Assembly: GCA_045159875.1 (NCBI GenBank)
Contig: CP067995.1
Span: 2,816,001 to 2,880,000 of the forward strand
Reading direction: 5' to 3'
Length of the DNA: 64,000 bases
From: a cyanobacterium endosymbiont of Rhopalodia gibba
GTDB lineage: Bacteria; Cyanobacteriota; Cyanobacteriia; Cyanobacteriales; Microcystaceae
Part shown: one piece after another, positions 58,671-64,000 of the stretch
Numbering within the stretch: the stretch's first letter is position 1
Layout: each line of letters opens with the position of its first letter
Translations under genes and position numbers: made by a program
Notes under the pieces: model-generated
Databases searched by the model: none
What the model was told of the DNA's origin: nothing
The model's input: the letters and a program-made list of their open reading frames with translations, nothing else

Positions 58671-58796
58671 AAATACTGCAACTCTCTTAAAACGTAAATC
58701 AGAGACCTTAATTTTAAATCCGAGATTTTAACTTGTACCTGTAATCATTTAGCAGCTAGAACGGCTTTTTAAATAGACTGAGCTAGTGCCAATAGC

Positions 58797-59663
58797 TCAA
58801 AACTGAGCAATATCTATTTTTTTGAGCGATAATACCCGATAAGCCCCAAAAACCTTTAGAGTCTCCGTATAGATTCTCAGTTCAGCTAGAGCTTCTTCAA
58901 TAGAATTTAACTCTGAGTTGATCTCAAGATCGATAAAAAAGAGATATTCTCCCAGTGATCGCTTGGTAGGGCGCGATTCGATACGACTTAAATTAATTCC
59001 CCGTTTGGCAAATACCTCCAAGGGTCTAACCAGGGTGCCAGGGACATTATCAGGAATACTAAATCCTAAGGAAATCCGACTCCCTTCTATGGTGGTTGGC
59101 GTTAATTCCAATATCCAGAACCGAGTACAATTATCGGGATAATCGTTAATATCATTGATCAGAATGGGAAAGTTGTACAGCTTGGCAGCACGGGGAGAGG
59201 CGATTGCCGCCGAGGTGAAATCGAGATCGAGTTGATGTAGAGCTTCAGTGGTCGAATTTGTTGGAATTAAAGAGACAGAGGGTAAATTCTGTTCTAGCCA
59301 ATGTTGACATTGTGCTAAAGCTTGGGGATGGGAATAAACTGTTCTCAGTCCTTTTAGAGATTTTCTTCTTGATAATAAAGCATGGGAGATGGGCAAGACT
59401 AACTCTTGTTGAATCTTGAGTTTGTCTAATTGCCAAAGGCTGTCGAGAATGATAGCCACTGTTCCCTCTGTAGAGTTCTCCACCGGAACAACAGCCTGTT
59501 GAGTTTCCCCATAGGCAACAGCGTATAAAGATTGAGCAATTGTAGGATAGGGACACAGAAGAGATTTTTTTCCCTCTTTTTGCTCTAACCAACGCTGATA
59601 AGCCAGGGTAGCCGTTTCTGCATTAGTTCCCGTCGGACCTAGATGAGCAATGGAAATAGCCAT
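58797..59663 (-). CDS. pheA: Prephenate dehydratase
   Basis: LGPTGT, VPVENSTEG, SHPQALAQC, NCTRF and the ACT-domain INLSRIESRP. Confidence 0.96.
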   Translation of the reverse strand: MAISIAHLGPTGTNAETATLAYQRWLEQKEGKKSLLCPYPTIAQSLYAVAYGETQQAVVPVENSTEGTVAIILDSLWQLDKLKIQQELVLPISHALLSRRKSLKGLRTVYSHPQALAQCQHWLEQNLPSVSLIPTNSTTEALHQLDLDFTSAAIASPRAAKLYNFPILINDINDYPDNCTRFWILELTPTTIEGSRISLGFSIPDNVPGTLVRPLEVFAKRGINLSRIESRPTKRSLGEYLFFIDLEINSELNSIEEALAELRIYTETLKVFGAYRVLSLKKIDIAQF

Positions 59664-59902
59664 AGGGAATAAATTTGTAATCTGATTGATTATATCGAGA
59701 TTTGGATCGCTATACTTAAGTAATTTAACTCAATCGAAAGTTCACATGATGAATATCATTTAATTAGTAAAAATTCTTCTCAAAATTTGTCTAATAAAAA
59801 TTTATTTTACAAAAAATAAATTTTCTTGAGCCTTTAAAAGGAGTAAACTAAAATTAAATAAAAAATTTTTCTTTAAAATATTTTCAGGTAAATCAATTAT
59901 CT

Positions 59903-60300
59903 ATGGATGTTTATTTGGGTGCTTTGGAGTTAATATCCATCGTTGTTGAAGATACTTCACTTCAGTGCCCTTGCATAATTTGCGACAACCTCAACTCTTA
60001 GTCGAGGCGATTACCAGTCCAAAATTAATATAATTTATTTCTAAAGGTCTCTTTGAGTTAAAGATGTATCCCCTCCATTTTATGAAGTTTTATCATTTCT
60101 AACCCATAGTTGTTTTAAACGTTAAGACCGATAGTCAAGACAAGGCATATTTAAGATTTCAAGAATACGAAAACTCTGATTTTTTTAAATAAAGCGTACT
60201 TTAAAGTAGGAAATACTATCACAGAGCTAAATAGCGCTCTGTATCTCACTTTATCTGCTTCCGCAATAACTAATGTCCATAAGGACAATAAATCCAGATT
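59903..60300 (+). pseudogene. DUF1997-family protein pseudogene
   Basis: LHNLRQPQLLVEAITSPKLI*...FELKMYPLHFMKFYHF*PIVVLNV; divergent from pheA, as in the conserved cyanobacterial arrangement. Confidence 0.75.
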
Positions 60301-60335
60301 AATCTCCATAAATATAAGCTGAAGTAATTTTTATT

Positions 60336-60378
60336 ATACATAAGAAGAGATAAAGTTAAATTATCTCTTCTTATGTAT
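60336..60378. terminator. Perfect 18-bp hairpin just downstream of rne; candidate terminator
   Basis: ATACATAAGAAGAGATAA-AGTTAAA-TTATCTCTTCTTATGTAT, 23 nt after the rne stop. Confidence 0.6.
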
Positions 60379-60401
60379 CTATTTGGATTCAAAGATAATG
60401 C

Positions 60402-62384
60402 TTAAGCTTCTTTGGCGGAAGAACGACGACGACGACGACGAATTACAGGGCGTTCAGAGTCACTTTCCGGTAGTTTTGTTGATGTTTCTTTATCATCTAT
60501 CTTCTCGTCATTATCAGAAAACTCAGACACCTCAAGGGGAATGGACTGAGGTATAACAAATGATGTGTCTCCACAAGAAACCTCTGGTTCTTCTTTTACC
60601 TTTTGCATCCTTTGTTCCTTTCTTATTTCTTGTGTGTTCGACATATTTACTAAATTTTCAGGGAACTTAACGGATACTAATACAGACTTAGGGTCTTTAA
60701 ACTCACGATCAAGACGCACTAGGGGGGAGACTCCCATTAAGGCATATAGGTTTTGTTCCAAAGGAGTCATTTCCACAGATACCTTTTCCATGGGTATTTC
60801 TTCTCGGCGTAAATGCCTATGCCCTCGTTCTTTCCTGGGTTCAGCTTCTATTTCTCCTAAATAGTCACTCTCTTTTACCACGATATTGGGAACTACTTTA
60901 GTCATTAACTCATCCTTTAACTGAGGTTGAGATTGACGACGACGACGACGACGAGTGGCATTGGAGGCATTCCCCTGTTCTTGATAGCTCGGATGGTGAA
61001 GTAATTCCAGTTGACTAGGGGTCTGGTGTATTTCATTTTCCAAACTAGATTCTCCAATGATTTCAGGCTTTTCCACCAATTTTTCCACTGGTTTCACAAC
61101 AGGAGAAGGGGAAACCACAGTAACCGTTTCCAAAGGAAGCAATTCGGATTGTCCTGGAAGGCGAACCATATGTCCTAAACCACCACAACTGGAACAAGGT
61201 TGACTAAATAATTCGTAAATATTTTTGCCTTGACGTTTTCGAGTCAGTTCAACTAAACCTAATTCCGAAAGTTGTGCAATTTGGGGCCTAGCTTTATCAG
61301 ATTTGAGGGCTTTATTGAAATGTTCTAATAGCTTAAGTTGATCGCGCCGTGAGTCCATATCGATAAAGTCTACAATAATTACCCCTCCAATATTACGTAG
61401 ACGCAATTGACGGGCAATTTCTGTGGCTGCTTCACTATTAGTCCACAGAACCGTTTCTCTGGCTGTTGCTGAACGAGTAAATGAACCAGAGTTAACATCA
61501 ACGACTGTTAACGCTTCGGTTGGTTCAATGATGACGTAACCGCCAGAAGGTAAGTCAACCCTTGGTTTTAGCGCTTCTCGAATTGCGGCATTGACGCGAA
61601 AATAATCTAAAACTCCAAGATGTTCGCGGTGATGATCAATCAACACTCCTTCAGGAGAACGACCACCACTCCAATTCATTAAGTGCTGTTTTACTCGTTT
61701 TACCCCTGCTTGGGAATCTACAACAATGCGGTTTACCTCTGCATTATACATATCTCGTAACACCCGTTGAATAAAATCGTCATCACGGTTGAGTAGAGAA
61801 GGAGGACGAGTTGAAGTAGCTTGAACTTGAATAGATTCCCATTGTCGCTGGAGAAACTCTAAGTCTTCCATAATTGCTTCTTCAGCTTTCCCCTCGGCTT
61901 CGGTTCGAACCAGTAACCCCATTCCTGCAGGTTTAATCAAAATAGCTAAAGCACGTAGTCGACTACGTTCATCATCATTTTTAATTCTTCTAGAAAGGTT
62001 AACCCCTCGACCATAGGGCATTAAAACTAAGTACCGACCTGGCAATGTAATATTTCCTGTGAGTCGTGGACCCTTGTTTCCCGTGGGTTCTTTCATCACC
62101 TGAACCAACACATTTTGTTGAGGAGTCAACAACTCTGTAATGGCTCCCGCACTTCTTTTTAAGCGAAGAGGACCTAAATCGGTGACATGAATAAACCCAT
62201 TGCGTTCTGCATCTCCAATATTGACAAATGCTGCGTCAATGCCTGGAATTACATTTTCGACCACTCCTAAATAAATGTCGCTAACTTGTTGGTTGCCAGT
62301 GGCAACCACTAACTCCTGAATTTGATCTTCCCAGAAAACAGCAGCAATGTGGTGTTGCTCTGCGATAACAATTTGCTTTGGCAT
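60402..62384 (-). CDS. rne: Ribonuclease E
   Basis: S1 domain (AAFVNIG..RNGFIH, KGPRLT), DVNSG, LRLRNIGGVIIVDFIDM, CSSCGGLG Zn-link, and cyanobacterial C-terminal motifs GVSPL and RRRRRRSSA. Confidence 0.97.
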   Translation of the reverse strand: MPKQIVIAEQHHIAAVFWEDQIQELVVATGNQQVSDIYLGVVENVIPGIDAAFVNIGDAERNGFIHVTDLGPLRLKRSAGAITELLTPQQNVLVQVMKEPTGNKGPRLTGNITLPGRYLVLMPYGRGVNLSRRIKNDDERSRLRALAILIKPAGMGLLVRTEAEGKAEEAIMEDLEFLQRQWESIQVQATSTRPPSLLNRDDDFIQRVLRDMYNAEVNRIVVDSQAGVKRVKQHLMNWSGGRSPEGVLIDHHREHLGVLDYFRVNAAIREALKPRVDLPSGGYVIIEPTEALTVVDVNSGSFTRSATARETVLWTNSEAATEIARQLRLRNIGGVIIVDFIDMDSRRDQLKLLEHFNKALKSDKARPQIAQLSELGLVELTRKRQGKNIYELFSQPCSSCGGLGHMVRLPGQSELLPLETVTVVSPSPVVKPVEKLVEKPEIIGESSLENEIHQTPSQLELLHHPSYQEQGNASNATRRRRRRQSQPQLKDELMTKVVPNIVVKESDYLGEIEAEPRKERGHRHLRREEIPMEKVSVEMTPLEQNLYALMGVSPLVRLDREFKDPKSVLVSVKFPENLVNMSNTQEIRKEQRMQKVKEEPEVSCGDTSFVIPQSIPLEVSEFSDNDEKIDDKETSTKLPESDSERPVIRRRRRRSSAKEA

Positions 62385-64000
62385 GCAATTCCCTCAAACT
62401 TTTGTAGCCGACTAGAACACTTTATTAAGTCGAGTGCCTGTCGATATAGATTAGTCAAAAAACTGTCTAAATTTAGTCGCAATTGACTTCAAGCCAACGA
62501 AGAATCAAAGAAAATTATACTCACCCTTATCTTTCACCCGAACGTCGGCTATCTAATTTTAAGCTGACGCAAGTAATCTCGTCTGAGAAGGTTGCTCGTT
62601 TTCTGGATGTATCTCTACCAATCTTAAAACGAGAATTGTAATTCGATATTTAGTAAACCCCTCTTTGAATAAACTTGTCAGCACCAACATTTATTGCATG
62701 TGAGACGCTTCCTAGGTGAACTGAGTTGATGATAGAACCAACAAGAAACACTTCAAATGTTCCTAGCAGTGAACTAACTAATGGTTACAGTCAACTAAAC
62801 GGTTAAGTTCTATTTGTATTAAATTACTTCAGCTGGTTGAGTGATTTTGATTTCGTTGGACATTAATCATTAAGGACAATCTACATGAATACTAGATTAT
62901 TTTAACTCAATTAAAACCTAGTTGAAAACCTAAAACCATACCATTAGCTCACGTTTAGTTTTTGGATAACGTTAGTGTTACCCAATTGTTTCTATTCACA
63001 TTTTCAGGTTGAGCAACCAGTGTGAATCATATTTCCTAGAATCCTATGTGTTTAGAAGTCAGATGTAACTCTATTTAATTACCCTAAGTAGATTCGTTTC
63101 CAGTCATACGTGTCATCTTAACATAGATATGTCCGTCATTTATTTTTCTTATGTAGACTTGAAAGCTAATGCCAGAAGCGCAACATCATATAAACCTTTC
63201 TAAACTATGAGAGAAGAAACCTGTCCTAAATCCGATTGTAAAAACTTACTTCAACTTAAAGAAAGGAAGAGGGACAAAGATTTGAGAAGGTAAGAGAAAA
63301 AGGAGAAGATGAAAACCAAATTGTGATGTCATAGGTTGACACAAAGTAAGAGTGTAGACTGTGAGGGTGAAAAGAGCAAAGAAAAAATTTCCGCCGAACT
63401 TTAACTCAATGGCAATCACATGCCAAAAAAGGTGAGTTTTTTTCCTTTACCCAACTAAAAGCTAAAATTATTCAGTAAGGGAAAAATTTGTCCCACCGAG
63501 TCTATAGAACCTATTTTTTGTCAAAAATTACGAATAAAAGACTTTTTATTTTAAATAAACAAACCCTGGAGTTAACAGAAGTAGGTCATCGGCATCGTTA
63601 AAATTTAGTGTGATAGTCCTAATTTCGGTTTGCGGGGTTGTGGCCTCAATTCCTCCGTCCTTCTTTAACATTAACAGAAATGTCTAAGCTGATAAAAAAG
63701 CCTACAGTAGGTTAGAGTTTGTCCGTTCTGTCCCTCTAAAAGTTGGAGATATATTTTTAGTCTACCATTAGACCCACTAGTTAAGAATAGGTTAATAATA
63801 TCAGATTTAGTCATAAAAATACTATTAATGGTAGTATTCACTATATCAATTTTATTTCTATAAAAGTCGTATTTTCTATAGTTAAGCTTAATAATTGTAG
63901 TTTTTTTATACTTTTTTAAAAAAAGTTATTAGCAGTTTTAAGCACTAATTTATATTTTTGATAGTTGTATGTTACAATTTATTTAAAATTATTCTCTTTT

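Overview
AT-rich cyanobacterial DNA (petF, cupB/chpX, ycf54, bvdR, cyanobacterial-type rne, HIP1 octamers) with strong signs of ongoing genome erosion. The first 14.8 kb is a dense (~95% coding by my sum of ORF lengths), intact surface-glycosylation cluster. The remaining ~49 kb is only ~37% intact CDS. There, housekeeping genes (ackA, pdxJ, ruvB, glyQ, pheA, rne, squalene synthase, a selD fusion, tRNA-Ser) are separated by decayed IS630 copies and pseudogenes that the ORF track misses. These include an RTX protein, comB, trmH, a Lon-N protein, DUF1997, an ECF sigma/anti-sigma/Spy operon and a probable pentameric ligand-gated channel. By inference, this pattern fits a host-restricted symbiont derived from a Cyanothece/Crocosphaera-like ancestor, such as a rhopalodiacean diatom spheroid body. 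The most notable signals are: a perfect 266-bp inverted repeat inside otherwise diverged IS relics; a set of unrelated perfect intergenic hairpins; a perfect Yfr1-seed complement over the squalene synthase RBS; absence of rnhB from its usual position after rne; and an in-frame deletion in ycf54. No CRISPR array, prophage or intact mobile element was seen. Family assignments come from motif recognition by eye, not from database searches.
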